From the NCBI RefSeq assembly GCF_001194135.2, contig NC_069007.1, positions 10,561,303 to 10,625,302 of the forward strand: DNA of 64,000 nucleotides, in the 5' to 3' direction. This stretch comes from Octopus bimaculoides (Eukaryota). The first letter of the stretch is position 1; each line of letters starts with the position of its first letter. Below, piece after piece: positions 27,314-41,354 of this stretch. Position numbers and translations under genes: made by a program. The notes beneath the pieces are model-generated. The model was not told where the DNA came from. It worked only from the letters and a program-made list of their open reading frames with translations, and made no database searches.

Positions 27314-27427
27314 ATTGGTGTCCCATACCAGGTCAGCTCATCTGAAGATTTGTGTTGCTGTGAAGGACCTGTAGATCACCATTTCACTCCGTCACCTTCT
27401 CCTTCTTTGGAATATCCCATGTTTTAA
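27314..27427 (+). CDS. KCNH2: Probable terminal coding exon of the ERG-type channel (IGVPYQVSSSEDLCCCEGPVDHHFTPSPSPSLEYPMF*)
   Basis: Long T tract + CAAAG acceptor ending at 27313, phase 0 open frame, TAA at 27425-27427. No homology support, and an extra exon in the intron or its gaps cannot be excluded. Confidence 0.6.
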   Translation: MGVPYQVSSSEDLCCCEGPVDHHFTPSPSPSLEYPMF

Positions 27428-28358
27428 ACCCGGAGTAATTAAACACACAAGGAGTACTACTTTGATTACTACTACTACTACTACTACTACAGCGTTGGAG
27501 CCATCAGAACAGCAACAGCAAAAGAAAGAAAAAAAAACAAAAGCAAAATATAAACAAAAACAAACACGAGTTTTTGGAGCAAGTTGCTACTCTCCCAAAT
27601 GGAAAATGGTATTGTCAAGAATGGCCTGATGAGCATTCTTGAAGTTTTTCGCACACACACACACACACACTGTCACCCTCTTCTTTAACCTGAACCTTAA
27701 CCCCTAAGCCATCCCTACCCCTCCTGCCAAAGTCGTTGCTTGTGTAAAAAGCTGGTGGTGCCAGTGTGTTCTGTGAGGTATTGCAGAACGTCAGTTCTTC
27801 CCAGTAGCTTCAATGATTAACCCTTTCCCTAACCCCCACCTCCATCACACACACTGCCCCCAACACATACACACACACACACACAAACTCATCCCCCCCC
27901 ACACACACACATATTCCCTTTATNNNNNNNNNNNNNNNNNNNNNNNNNNNNNNNNNNNNNNNNNNNNNNNNNNNNNNNNNNNNNNNNNNNAAAAAAAAAA
28001 AAAAAAGAAAGCACAGACATTCTGTATAGAAAGATCTAGAAAACACAGTTATGTTATTTGAAATTCTGAAGAGTGAAATAGTGAGAATAAAAAAAAATTA
28101 CAACAAAACAATGAACAACACAAAAGGGATTTTTTTTCTGCGATACTCTAAATACCAATATCAGTGATAATGCCAAAAACGATAATGATACTTGATATAT
28201 ATTTAGTATATGACATTGAAAATTACAGATCAGAATAATATACAGGCATACACACACACACACACACACGCACAATCATATGTTTATACATATCTACATA
28301 CACTAACATATATACATAGATATATGTACACATACTATAACACACAGACACACATATA

Positions 28359-28390
<32 letters not shown>

Positions 28391-28465
28391 CATACACATA
28401 CTTGCACACAAACATGCATGCACACATGTTTATATATATCTGTATATATATATATATCATAACAA

Positions 28466-28511
28466 AAAACTGTTACTCGGAGTTTCACGTTCCCGTTCAT
28501 CAGACAGTTTT
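28466..28511 (-). ncRNA. Minimal type I hammerhead ribozyme-like motif
   Basis: Minus strand reads AAAACUGU-CUGAUGA-ACG(GGAA)CGU-GAAA-CUCCGAG-UA-ACAGUUUU: complete core, 8-bp stem I, 3-bp stem II with GNRA loop, quasi-palindromic stem III, GUA site. Confidence 0.8.
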
Positions 28512-28677
28512 GTGCTTACTCCGGTATACATAAATATATGATAGATATACAATCAGTTAGTTGTCCGTAAGTCAGAAAAATAGATGACATATAGTTAGTT
28601 TGAAACCTATGGTAACAGTCTGAGCAATTAAATGCCATAACCAGTAAGATATTACTTGATGAAAATTATGTATGTTC

Positions 28678-28719
<42 letters not shown>

Positions 28720-30327
28720 ACACACACACACACAAATATATACTCACAAAAACATGCATATGTATATAGTTATGCATACATATTATATATATACACACAC
28801 ATACGTATGTTAGTTTTATATAATACTTATATACATTTGTATAATAAGTAAACACACACAAATATAGATATTTCTAAATACATACATACACATACACCAC
28901 AACACACATAATGCTCTGTGTATTTAGATATATTTATATGTAAAATACATTAGATATATGTGGATGTATGCACATATATGTATATGTGCGTGCATGTATG
29001 TGTGTGTGTATGTCTATGAGTCTGTGATATAATGTAATACTTACACAGTAGCTTGAATATGCAAACACACTACTTATAGATAAGGGAGCCACATGTCCTT
29101 CATCTAAAGTAAATACCATCACCAATAGAGAGAGAGAAAAACACTTTATTGTACCTTCCTGTTTGATCAGGCTCTACAAAACAGAGATATTTGTTTCATC
29201 TGACATAACAGGAAACTTATGGCCCTGGTAGAGAATTACATTCTAGATGAGGGATTGGTTGCCTCTTTTTCCATGTAAAATTAAACAGTTTATAAATACC
29301 GCATGTTGATGAAAGCTTACAGAGAAACAAACACACACAGACACATACATACACACATATATATATAGTGCCAACCCCTTTTTATCATCAAAATTAGTAT
29401 ATCCCAAACAGTTAACTTAATATTGTCCAGTGTCTGTGCATATATATATATATANNNNNNNNNNNNNNNNNNNNNNNNNNNNNNNNNNNNNNNNNNNNNN
29501 NNNNNNNNNNNNNNNNNNNNNNNNNNNNNNNNNNNNNNNNNNNNNNNNNNNNNNNNNNNNNNNNNNNNNNNNNNNNNNNNNNNNNNNNNNNNNNNNNNNN
29601 NNNNNNNNNNNNNNNNNNNNNNNNNNNNNNNNNNNNNNNNNNNNNNNNNNNNNNNNNNNNNNNNNNNNNNNNNNNNNNNNNNNNNNNNNNNNNNNNNNNN
29701 NNNNNNNNNNNNNNNNNNNNNNNNNNNNNNNNNNNNNNNNNNNNNNNNNNNNNNNNATATATATATATATATATACAGAAACATTATAAATCAGTTAATA
29801 TATTTAAGCATAATGTTATCAACTAGTTATTATCATCAAAATTAGTGGAACCCAAATACTTTGACTTAAAGTTATTTGTTGATTCCTATTCTCAACTATG
29901 ACCATATATGAAACGGATAACAAAAAGCAGCTCCCACTGCATTTATATACCTAATATTATCTGCTGGTTATTGTTATCAACAAGGGCTCTAATTCAAAGT
30001 GATAGCAATAAGCAGCTCTCACTGTATTCCTTATTGTGATTTGATTTATGTTTGACAAAACAGTGTAAACTTGAGGAGTAATGGGGAGATACGGTTTACA
30101 TGAAACTTAAAATAGGCTCTACAACTAAATAAGAGTAACTTTTGATGTTTGTTGAGGTAAAATAAACTGTATATAGACATATAATACATGCACACACACA
30201 CACACACACACATGCACGCACACATACACACACACACACATGTATATATAATTACGTACATATATGTATATATACACACATATAGGTTTAGCAATGCAAA
30301 CAAGGCAAACAGAACTCAAAACGTGTT

Positions 30328-30382
<55 letters not shown>

Positions 30383-30983
30383 CTACTATTATTATTGATA
30401 TTTGGTAGAAGTAACAGAATGACTCAAGGGCCGAGAGTTTCATGTGTGAACACTGATCAAACTAATCATGCATAAACCTCTTGGCCCTTCAATCACTGTT
30501 ACCTCTGCCAAGTATTAAAAAATATACACACACACATATATAGATATATGTGTACATATAGTACAATAGATTTATGATGTATATATATATGTACATCAAT
30601 AATAATAATATTAATTAGGATTATTACAAAGTAGCATGGCATTACCTTTAATTCATTTTATATTTACAGCTTTACTTAGACCTACACGTGTTTCAACTGC
30701 ATATACATATATAAATTTGGATTTTCCTCCAGCTTGAAGATACAGGCTCTGTTAAGGGCTTGTGAAACTTGAAGTTGCACAGAATTCGAATCAAACTGTT
30801 TTGAATAATACACACACACACACACATGTATATTTAGTAAAAAATGCATACATACGTGTTTGTATGTACATATTTCTCTGCGTACATGCATGCATGTATG
30901 TGTACATGTATCCATAAATGTAAACACTACCTGATACTTTACATGTAAAATTATACCCAGATATAACGCAGACATATTCACAA

Positions 30984-31016
<33 letters not shown>

Positions 31017-32929
31017 AACAACCACATACATATACTTAAACAAACTGACAGCAACACAAACACATACTGATATGCTCAAGCATTTAAAATTACACATTAA
31101 CAAGCGCAAACTCAAAGTAAATGAGAAAACTATTGAAAGAAAAATCTGAGAGACAGAAAATCGCAATTAATTATAGAAGATACACATAACTCCCTTTTGT
31201 GAAATTAGACACATATTATATAAATATACATACACTATATATATATATGTATATATATATATAAATCTCAAATCTTCAGAATTAATATTCCGTGCATTTC
31301 GTAACTGATTTTTGGCAAAAGATCTTTCTAGAAAAACTCTTATCTTCTGCTTTTAATGGCAATTTAAATGGCTGGGTTACAGAACAATGTTTTTTTTTTT
31401 TACTATTATTTTTTTTGTGCAGTTTTTTTTTAAATCATTTAATTTANNNNNNNNNNNNNNNNNNNNNNNNNNNNNNNNNNNNNNNNNNNNNNNNNNNNNN
31501 NNNNNNNNNNNNNNNNNNNNNNNNNNNNNNNNNNNNNNNNNNNNNNNNNNNNNNNNNNNNNNNNNNNNNNNNNNNNNNNNNNNNNNNNNNNNNNNNNNNN
31601 NNNNNNNNNNNNNNNNNNNNNNNNNNNNNNNNNNNNNNNNNNNNNNNNNNNNNNNNNNNNNNNNNNNNNNNNNNNNNNNNNNNNNNNNNNNNNNNNNNNN
31701 NNNNNNNNNNNNNNNNNNNNNNNNNNNNNNNNNNNNNNNNNNNNNNNNNNNNNNNNNNNNNNNNNNNNNNNNNNNNNNNNNNNNNNNNNNNNNNNNNNNN
31801 NNNNNNNNNNNNNNNNNNNNNNNNNNNNNNNNNNNNNNNNNNNNNNNNNNNNNNNNNNNNNNNNNNNNNNNNNNNNNNNTATATATATATATATATATAT
31901 ATGCTTCTTTCTTTCTTTCTCTCTTAATCTTTAACATTTTGTCTCCATCATGACCAGCTATGGATCACAAGTTCTCCACCACTGATCTCTACCCTACCCC
32001 CACCTCCTTGGCCAGTCATCTCCACCTCCACTTCACACTCACTCTCGACTCGACGCATGACAACGATCGGACACCATCGAAGTAGCGAGTGAAGAATAGT
32101 CGTCCGTCATCCACATTCACACGTTACCTGCTTGCTTGTGCTGCACATGGGACTAGTCAGGTGGCCATGGTCAGGGTGATCTGCCCCTTCATGTAGCCAC
32201 CACCCAGCACACATGTGGCAAGCTAATGCATTAGTCAAGAGACTCAGCCACATTCATATATGTCGTATGTAAAAGAAAACCTAAAAAGCATTGAATTTCC
32301 AGCCGAGTGATTCACTTCAGTATCCATGTGGAAACATGGAGCAAGCTAGGATATTCCCAGAGGGTTTATTCTCATTGATATCTACATGTGGCAAATTGAA
32401 ACATTTAGGGAGTAACTCATATTTGCATACTACATGGAAAAAGATATCTGGTGTGATTCACTTGCATTTGTATGCCACATGAGGGGAAGGGGGAAATTCT
32501 AATTGGGGTTAACTAACATTCACGTGCTCCATGTGGCATGTTATTATATTAATGGAATGAGTCAGCAAATTTAATGGAATGATTTATCTAAACCCCACAT
32601 GTGGGAAGCTAGGATGTTGGTCATGTGTGGACTTGGTCATACTACATGTGGGACACTAATGTGGTAACATACATCCATTGCTAGAAGTGGAAACCTACAG
32701 CCACATCTCCACTCCATATGTCGAAAATTTGGGCATTCATGGAGTCACTTATAATGTAGGGGAATGTATAATCACTTAACACTCAATATTATTGAAAGAT
32801 CTCACTCAGTCACACATTAAACTTGGAGAATCACATTACACTCATGTGTAACTTAATGCTGGAGAGACTGACTAACATGTAGCATTAATGAGATATGAGC
32901 AGAATGGCTGACTCAGAGGTGGCAGGACT

Positions 32930-33290
32930 GGAGTGTGAGTGGTGTGTTTGATTCACATATAACAATACTGGAATATGAGTAGAAAGTGTGACTCATCTAA
33001 TGTCAATACAAGAATGTATGTAGAGTGAATGACTTGTATACAACAGTACAGGAATGAGTGCAGTGTCTGACTTGAGTACAACAACACTGGAATGTGAGTA
33101 GAATGAATGACTCATAAATGTATGTTATATGGCAATACTGGAATGTGAGTGGAGTGTCCAACTTATACATGACAATAAAGAAACATGAGTGAAGTGATTG
33201 ATTTATATATGACAATATCGGAATGTGAGTAGAGTGTCTGACTTACAGCAGTACTGGAATGTGAGTTGAGTAACTGATTGGCACTCATAG
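32930..33290. repeat. Degenerate tandem repeat (actggaatgtgagtagagtgtctgactt units)
   Basis: ctggaat(g/a)tgagt recurs at about 50-60 bp spacing. Confidence 0.75.
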
Positions 33291-36289
33291 TAAGATAATA
33301 CTTAGATACATGATCATGAGTAAAGTGTCATACTCTTAGCCATGTGTGCAGTGCATGTACACAAGACTTGTCCAGCATCAGTTGAGGTTGGGGCCGCACT
33401 AATTCTATGATATAACATGTAGGAAAATCATGAAAATAACTGTATACTAACATGTGGTGACCCCTCACTCAGTCACTCCTTATTCTTCCCTTTCTTTCTC
33501 TCTCACACACATGCAAGTATATAAATAAACACACATGTACATTATATATAGTATTATATATGAATGTATGTAATATACATATATCACAACGAAAAAGAAT
33601 CATAGCTTATGTATTATTCTTTAACAAAAATTGTTTGACAGTGACTTTGAAGTTTCAGCTTCCTTAGCTTTATCAGACTTGTTAAAGAATAATAAATATA
33701 TACTCTACCAAATGTATTGAGTAATCTGTCAGTTTAATGTAAAATTGTTTTTATTATAACTCAACATAAAAACAAATATATACGTATGTGTGTGGGGAGG
33801 TGGATGGCATGTGGCTTAAGGGTTTGGCTGTTGCACTCATGGTTGCAAGATTGTGATTTTGATTCCCAGACAGGGTGTTGTCAGGCAAAGCTCTTCATTT
33901 CACGTTGGTTTCTGATCGCTTTGACACCTGACGTGTAGCACATTGTGTACCTGTACAGGGAATGTTGATATGATGAGAGGAATAAGCTAGATTTGAATAT
34001 TATAAACAAATATTCTGAGCAGATTGCTCTGCATGAAACTGTAGAACTTTCTTCTGTCATCTACCAAAGGAAAGTTCCCAATATGCATGAATATTATTTA
34101 TTTATATATATATAATATAGTGCTTTTTACCTCACATTTGTGCATTCAGACACATATATCTATTCTCATGTGTGTGTGTAGTCACATGGCATTGTCATGT
34201 GACCAGTTTAGTGAGATTTAAATTGAATGCATTTCTCCATTTTGATTGAATTCCTTTTGTGCCATTTTATCGGGACTGAAGAATTTGTTAACTTCTCAAG
34301 CAAAATAATTACAGACATCTATGATAGTTTGTTGTTGTTGTTATTGTTATTTATTATTATTATTATTGTTGTTGTTGTTGTTGTTAATGATGAGGACGTT
34401 GATAATTTGTGCTCCTGATTAACTAAGACCATATCTTAGTTTCAATTCTCTGTTGGTAATGGAACCGTTTCACTTGTGCGTATAAACTCACACAAACACA
34501 CACATGTATATTTGCAGCAATGTAGAAGAGAAGAGGTGGCATGCATGCAAGTTCACATGCAGAAACAAACACAAGCACAAATAAATATAATGTTGGTGAG
34601 CCCCTTCTTTCTTGTAACTTATTAGAGTGTGGGACATTACTGAATATTTCCTTATTTTGGTGCATACCTTACAGTTGATCAGTCATACACACTTTCAAGC
34701 ATACACCTATGTATGTGTATATATGTATGGATATAAACATGTTTGTGTATATGTATGTTTACATGAGATGTGGGTTCAAGTCTTGCAGGCAGCCATCGAC
34801 TTTTTCTATCTGAGGGTTATTCTTTTAACCTAATATTTACTCGCTGTTATTTATAGCTTCAACTGCTTTGAGATTTACTATTCTTTAAACAATTTATTTC
34901 ACATTCTCTCAAAAGTTTCTGAATTCGTAAATATATAGAAATGAAGGAAAATAGGGTGACAGAATTCAAGTGAATACCTAAATAAGCACCTTGCAATAAA
35001 ACTTGGCTAACAAAACGTCTTGTAAAGAGTATATTAAACTATATAGATTAAATATTCTAGGTAATGTATATAAACTATAAATGTGAGGTTATTCACCAAT
35101 TAACAAGTTTGTACATTAATACTTAAAGTGACAGCCTAAGAGGCCGGGGGGGGGCAGGGAAGAGCAGCAAGGCACCCTAAAACCACATGGCGAAGGACTA
35201 TTGACAAGGAAAGGAGATGAGAAGGGTGGAGAAGCTGGAATGAGACCATAAGAGTGTCAGAAAACAGAGCTGAATGGAGAGATCATGTTGTGACCTTAAG
35301 TGCCTCATGGCACAGAGAGAACTAACATTAATCCCAGAATGTTATAGCAACCAGACAAATAATCTATTCTTGATTTGTTTTATTCACTTGTGAATGTTTC
35401 AAATAGTTTGAGAAACAGTTCCCTCGCTATACAATGTCTTCTACGCATAATCAATCGAGTTATTATTAGATAACTTTCATTGCTCTGGCGAGAATGATTT
35501 CAGAAGAGGAATTAGTGTAACTATCTCATTAATTAATTCATTCATTAGTCGAAGGCAACAACCTGACAGAATCGTTAGCACGCCGGGCGAAATGCTTAGT
35601 GGTACTTTGTCTTTACGTTCTGAGTTCAAATTCTGCTGAGGTCAACTTTGCCTTTCATCCTTTCGAGGTCAATAAATTAGATACCAGTTACACACTGGAG
35701 TCAATGTAATCAATTTAATCCCTTTGTCTGCCCTTGTTTGTCCCCTTTATGTTTAGCCCTGGGCGAATTGCTTAGCGGTATTTCGTCTGTCTTTACGTTC
35801 TGAGTTCAAATTCCGCCGAGGTTGACTTTGCCTTTTATCTTTTCAGGGTCGATAAATTAGGTACCAGTTACACACTGGGGTCGATGTAATCGACTTAATC
35901 CCTTTGTCTGTTCTTGTTTGTCCCCTCTATGTTTAGCCCCTTGTGGGCAATAAAGAAATAAGAAATATTAGCATATCAGATAAAATGTGTCTATTTTTGA
36001 TGTTGTTTAACCCTAGGTCATTTTTCAGTCTTGGAGGTTTATGATTAAATAGGTTCCAAACATGAACATCTCAATTTCAATTCAGACACAGTGTATCTAG
36101 GATTACATTATCTTATGTGTCCATCCTCATTACTGTGTTCGCTTGATCCCAAGTCATCCTTGACCTAGGAGGTCTCTGGTTAAATATGTTCCAACCATGA
36201 ATATCCCATCTTTTGTTCAGGCCATGTATCAAGGCTGAAGAGGGAGCTTTTGTGCCATCTTGGTTCTCTTATTCTAATTCTATCCATGT

Positions 36290-36470
36290 CCAGAATGCAT
36301 TACATAGAATGTAAAACGTCTCTACGATCACCCTCTGAGAGGAGAGGGTGTTAAGTTGAGAATTGCTGAAGCATGGAATAAACTACCTGCATCAGTTCTT
36401 AGCTGTCGAGACACCACATTCTTCAAAACTTCCATACTTCCTGAAATCCACCCACAGTACACTTGATTCT
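36290..36470 (+). mobile_element. CR1/L2-like LINE C-terminal remnant
   Basis: RIAEAWNKLPASVLSCRDTTFFKTS resembles the CR1 terminal motif WNxLPxxVV...FK. Confidence 0.65.
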
Positions 36471-37699
36471 CCTCAACTCCATTTCTTCCCGTTTTTGAAG
36501 ATTTTTTTCTCTGTACACTTCTTGTGCATATTCTGTGCACTGTTCATGCAGTTTTGGTTACCTTTTCTGATGAATCGTTATGCACCTGAGCATTGAATAT
36601 AATAAGTTCAATATCATAGCCCAGCCCTCAAAAAATTCAAGATAAAATTTGACTTGATCACAATTTGAATTCAGAATGTAAACAATGCTTGACTTGCCAG
36701 ATATATATCTTATATCTGTAATATGTGATATCAAATTTATCAGTGTATATGATATATGTCACACATTACTGTATGTGAGATATGTCATAGAAATATGTAA
36801 TATCAAATATATCAGAGGTATATGTAAGTTATTTCAGCACCCATGAAGACAAATTTTGTCTGCTACGCCCTATGTGTGTGCTTTCATACACCAGGTGCCT
36901 ATAAGAGAGGATGTCTCAAGGTTAATGACACAGTATTTGGTGTTCTAATATGGCATCCATGTTAAGTTGGAGATATATATATATTTGTGTGAAGGCACAT
37001 GGCGCAGTGGTTCAAGCATCGGGCCTACAATCATGAGGTTGTGAGTTCAGTTCCTGGACCAAGTTGTGTGTTGTCTTCTTGAGCGAGACACTTTATTTCA
37101 CGTTGCTCCAGTTCACTCAGCTGTAGAAATGAGTTGCGATGTCACTTGTGCCAAGCTGTATTGGACCCCTTTGCTTTTCCCTTGGATAATATCGGTGGCC
37201 TGGAGAGTGGGAGCTGGTATGCATGGGTGGCTGCTGTCTTGCACAAGCAGCCTTATCCAGACTTGTGCTTCAGAGGGGAACTTTCTAAGTACAACCCCAT
37301 GGTCATTTGTGACTGAAGCGGTGTCTTTATCCTTTACTCTTTATATTTGTGTGCATGTGATATGTGGTTCCTGAGTCAAACTGTTCTCCAACACGTAGGT
37401 CTCAAAGACCTCAAAATATTAGATTCTAAACTCCTTAAAGCAATTGATCTCATTGAATCTCTCTTATTGATCTCAATTAAACTCACTTATTGATTATCCG
37501 TATACAATAATGGAGAAGATTCTAGTATTAATGCACAGAGTGAAAAGAGTAACAACTCTAAGTTTAAATGCTTCCCAGGTTGACTTAGGCACCTTTGGCA
37601 GCAGACTGGCTGAAGACAATATTCTTGCTGTAGTTAGTTATGGTCCTTCTGAGTTCAAATCCTACCCAGGTTAACTTTAATTTTCATCATTTAAATTTC

Positions 37700-38370
37700 A
37701 TCATATAGAGATTTTATATTCTTAGATGTAAATGGAATTAAGATAAAAGAGTAACACAAACAATCTTTCCAGGGCCGAGAAAATAGAATAGCGATGAAAT
37801 ACTGGGGTAGACTTAATATTACTATATAGTATTCTAGATATGAATGAAATTAGAAGACTAAGATTGACTTTAGCTTTCATATTTCTGGTGTTAATCTACC
37901 CTAATATTTTACTGGTACTTTATTTTAATATTCCTGTAAAATAACCTATATGTGAACGGAATTATAGAAGAAGACTAGCTTTGTCTTTCCTCCTCCTGGC
38001 ATTGATTAAATGAAGTAGCAGTGAAATACTAGGGTAGATTTTGTATTTCTACAAACCATCCTAGATATGAATGGATAGAAATATAATAAAAGATTAAAAC
38101 TGAAGTTGACAGAATAATATCACATGAAGATACTGAAGACAAATTTAATATTTGTTATAAAGCATTCTAGATGTGAATGGAATTACAATAAAAGAGAGAC
38201 TAAGCTAGTCTATGATGAAAGGGTGTTGATAAAATTTATTTTATCAACATCCTTTCATGAAATATTGGGGTAGATTTAATATTCTTATAGAACGCCCTAG
38301 TTGTGAATCAGTGTAAAACATTCACAAAGGATCTGAATTATAACAGAAGACCAATACTAAGACGTAGATT
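37700..38370. repeat. Old degenerate AT-rich tandem repeat
   Basis: ttctagat(g/a)tgaatggaatta and gaaatactgggtagatttaat recur several times. Confidence 0.65.
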
Positions 38371-41354
38371 TTTAATTTTTCAATATATAACGGTTAGCTA
38401 AGGTAGGAACGTTAACATGCTGGGCGAAATGCTTAGCGGCACTTCATCCATCTTTGCATTCTGAGTTCAAATGCTGGCTGGGTTGACTTTGTCTTTCATC
38501 CTTTCAGGGCCAATAAAATAAGTACCAGTTGAGCACTGGGATTCAATATAATTGATTGACCCTTTTCCCCAAATTACTGGCCTTGTGCCAAAATTTGAAA
38601 ACAATGTAAACAGCGGAATATAATGTCTGTGCTGTATCGTTAAACAGCAGGAGGACTTTTAAATTACTGAGGGCTTTGCTATCTTGCTTCAGTTGGTTAA
38701 GGTTGTATGGAGGGTGAGCTTGCTGAAAGTTTGTGTAGTGTGGTCCTGTTTGTAAGTTTTGCATGTTCATTGGTGCCCCGCACAGCTCCGATATTCTAAT
38801 ATAAGACTAAATATCCATATATGCACCACATGCTCACATTCTCTATATCTTTTATGTTTCAGTTATTGGACTGTGGCCATGCTGGGGCACTGCCTTGAGG
38901 GATTTTAGTCAAATGAATTGACCCTGGTACTTATTCTAAAGCCTGGTGCTAAGTCTTTCAGTCTCTTTAGCCAAAACACTAAGTTACCAGGATGTAAACA
39001 AACCAACACCAGTTGTCAAGTGAGCAAATGTATGTACATATATACATACAATGGTTTTCTTTCACTTTCCATCTACCAAAGTCACTTGCAAGGCTTTAGT
39101 TAGCCTGGGGCTATAGTAGAAGACACTTGCCCGAAGTACCACACAGTGGGACTGAACCTAATACTGTGTGGTTGGGAAGCTAACTTCTTACTACATAGTA
39201 CAAAATGTTTTGGTACAGCTGTTTCGGTGTTGCCCATTCATTGTTGATGATTTGATGCTGACCTATTTGACATCAGTCGTTTCAATGCTTCTCCCTTTTT
39301 CCCTATGTATATGAGCAGGGGTAACGTGTCAATTGTATTCAATTATGTCTATCTCCCTCCCTCCCTCTCTTGATGTGTGTAAGCATATTTTTTTATGCAT
39401 AATGAAGACGTGGATTTGGGGTTAGGTTATTCAGCTCACAATTGTAAGGTTGTGAGTTCAATCCCCAGTGGCACATTGCATCCTTGAGCAAGGCACTTTA
39501 TTCTACATTGCTCCAGTCCACTCAGCTGGCAAAAATGAGATGTTGTACCTGTAATTCAAAGGGCCAGCCTTGTCACACTCTGTGTCATGCTGAATCTCCC
39601 TGAGGACTACATTAGGGTACACGTGTCTGTGGAGTACTCAGCCACTTGCACGTTAATTTCATGAGCAGGGTGTTCCATTGGTTGGATCAACTGGAACCCT
39701 TATCATAACTGTTGGAATGCCAGTTTTTATGCATATGAGGAAAGGGAAAAGTGTTTATGTCTACCATGTTCATTGAAATATATTGTAATGTCTCTCTCTT
39801 CCTCCTCCTCCTCCCCTCTCTCTCTCTCTCTCTTTATGCATGTGAGCATATTTCTGTACATGTCTGAGCAAAGAAGTGTTTGTCAATCATATTCTATAAT
39901 GTCTCAATCCTCTTCATTCTCCTGTTCCTCTCTCTCTCTCTCTCTCTCTCCCCCTGTTTATCTGTGAGAGTATATTTCTCTTTATGCATGTGAAGGGAGG
40001 GAAAAGTCTTCTTGTCAACCAGGTCCAAGTAACAAATAATCTCTCTCTCTCTCACTTACTTTCTGTTCCTGTGTGTATATTTCTGCATATACATGTGTGT
40101 GCTTCCAGCACCAGAACCTACTGTTGTCAAAACAGGTTGAATAAACATGAGTATATATACGTTTTTCTTTTCTATATTTATATTTGGCAGAAGTTAAAGA
40201 GTAACTCAACAGTCAAGAGTTTCGTGCATCAAACTGACAAGTGCCAATGCACGAAACTCTCGACCCTTGTATACTCTTTAACTTCTACTGATTATTTATA
40301 AAGGACTTACGTATTCTAAACATTGTATTCTGGAGATATGCTATCCAAATCTACACAGTCTGCAACTTAAATCACGATTTTAATTCTTCATCATTTTCAT
40401 TTCTTAATATCCATGCTTTGGGAAAGGCATGGATGTCACATAATCATATTTACTGCCCCCCCCCCTTCTTTATAAATCTGAGCTCGTAATTGCTATATAA
40501 TAAATGAATATACTTACATACGAATACATGGTGGTGGTGGTGGTGATGGTAAGTAGTGGTGGTGGTGGTGGTGGTAAGATGTGAGTGGAGAACAACGTGA
40601 TGATGATGGTGATTACAGTATTGAAGATTACACGCACACATACAAACAGGCACATACATATACACACACTCAAGTGTACATACTGTTATTGTTTTCGAGG
40701 AAACAAATAAAATATCTTCTATCCATATCATTTGCTATGTGTACCGTTGTTTATTGTTTAATAGCAACTAGTGAAGAATCACCAAGTTCAAATCTTAACC
40801 CAAGCACTCGTTTTGGGCACTAAACCAGAACATTTTTTAATTTATTTTTATTTATTTATTGTTGTTTTTTTTTAATGGGTTAATCAAAGAAGAAGGGGAC
40901 ATGAGCCATGATCCTTTATATTTGAGCTTCCACGAAGGGTTATAGGCAGAGCCCTTGAAGAAAGATAAAAAAAAAGGAACAATAGTCCTATCTCCAGACT
41001 TGGGTTAACTGCTTGTAACACAGTGGACTCCAAAGGTACCCAAGTTGACTGGATGGTGACAGTGGAGGAGATGGTGGTGGTGTTGGTAGAGATGGTGGTA
41101 TGACCCTCAAGCAACTGATTAAGTTCCCTACTTGATGCTATGGTGCCATCTTTCAACATGGCTTACCTCAATTCTATACCCTAATTGAAAATTTCGGTAT
41201 TTTCTGGCATACTATTTGACCCAGTGTACAACGTAAACATTGAAACATCGTCCCTATCTTTCCAAATCCTGCTGCATTTCACATGCAATCTTTGACCCTA
41301 CAAAGCTGTCTTTCTTGGTGTTTATTTATTATTATTATTATCATTTATTTTATT

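Noticed and set aside
27614-27641. CTGATGA within an 8-bp hairpin in the presumptive ERG 3' UTR
   Set aside because: No stem II/GAAA arrangement; not a hammerhead.
28200-31260. Many short ORFs rich in C/V/Y/I/H/T
   Set aside because: Translations of (CA)n/(TA)n microsatellites.
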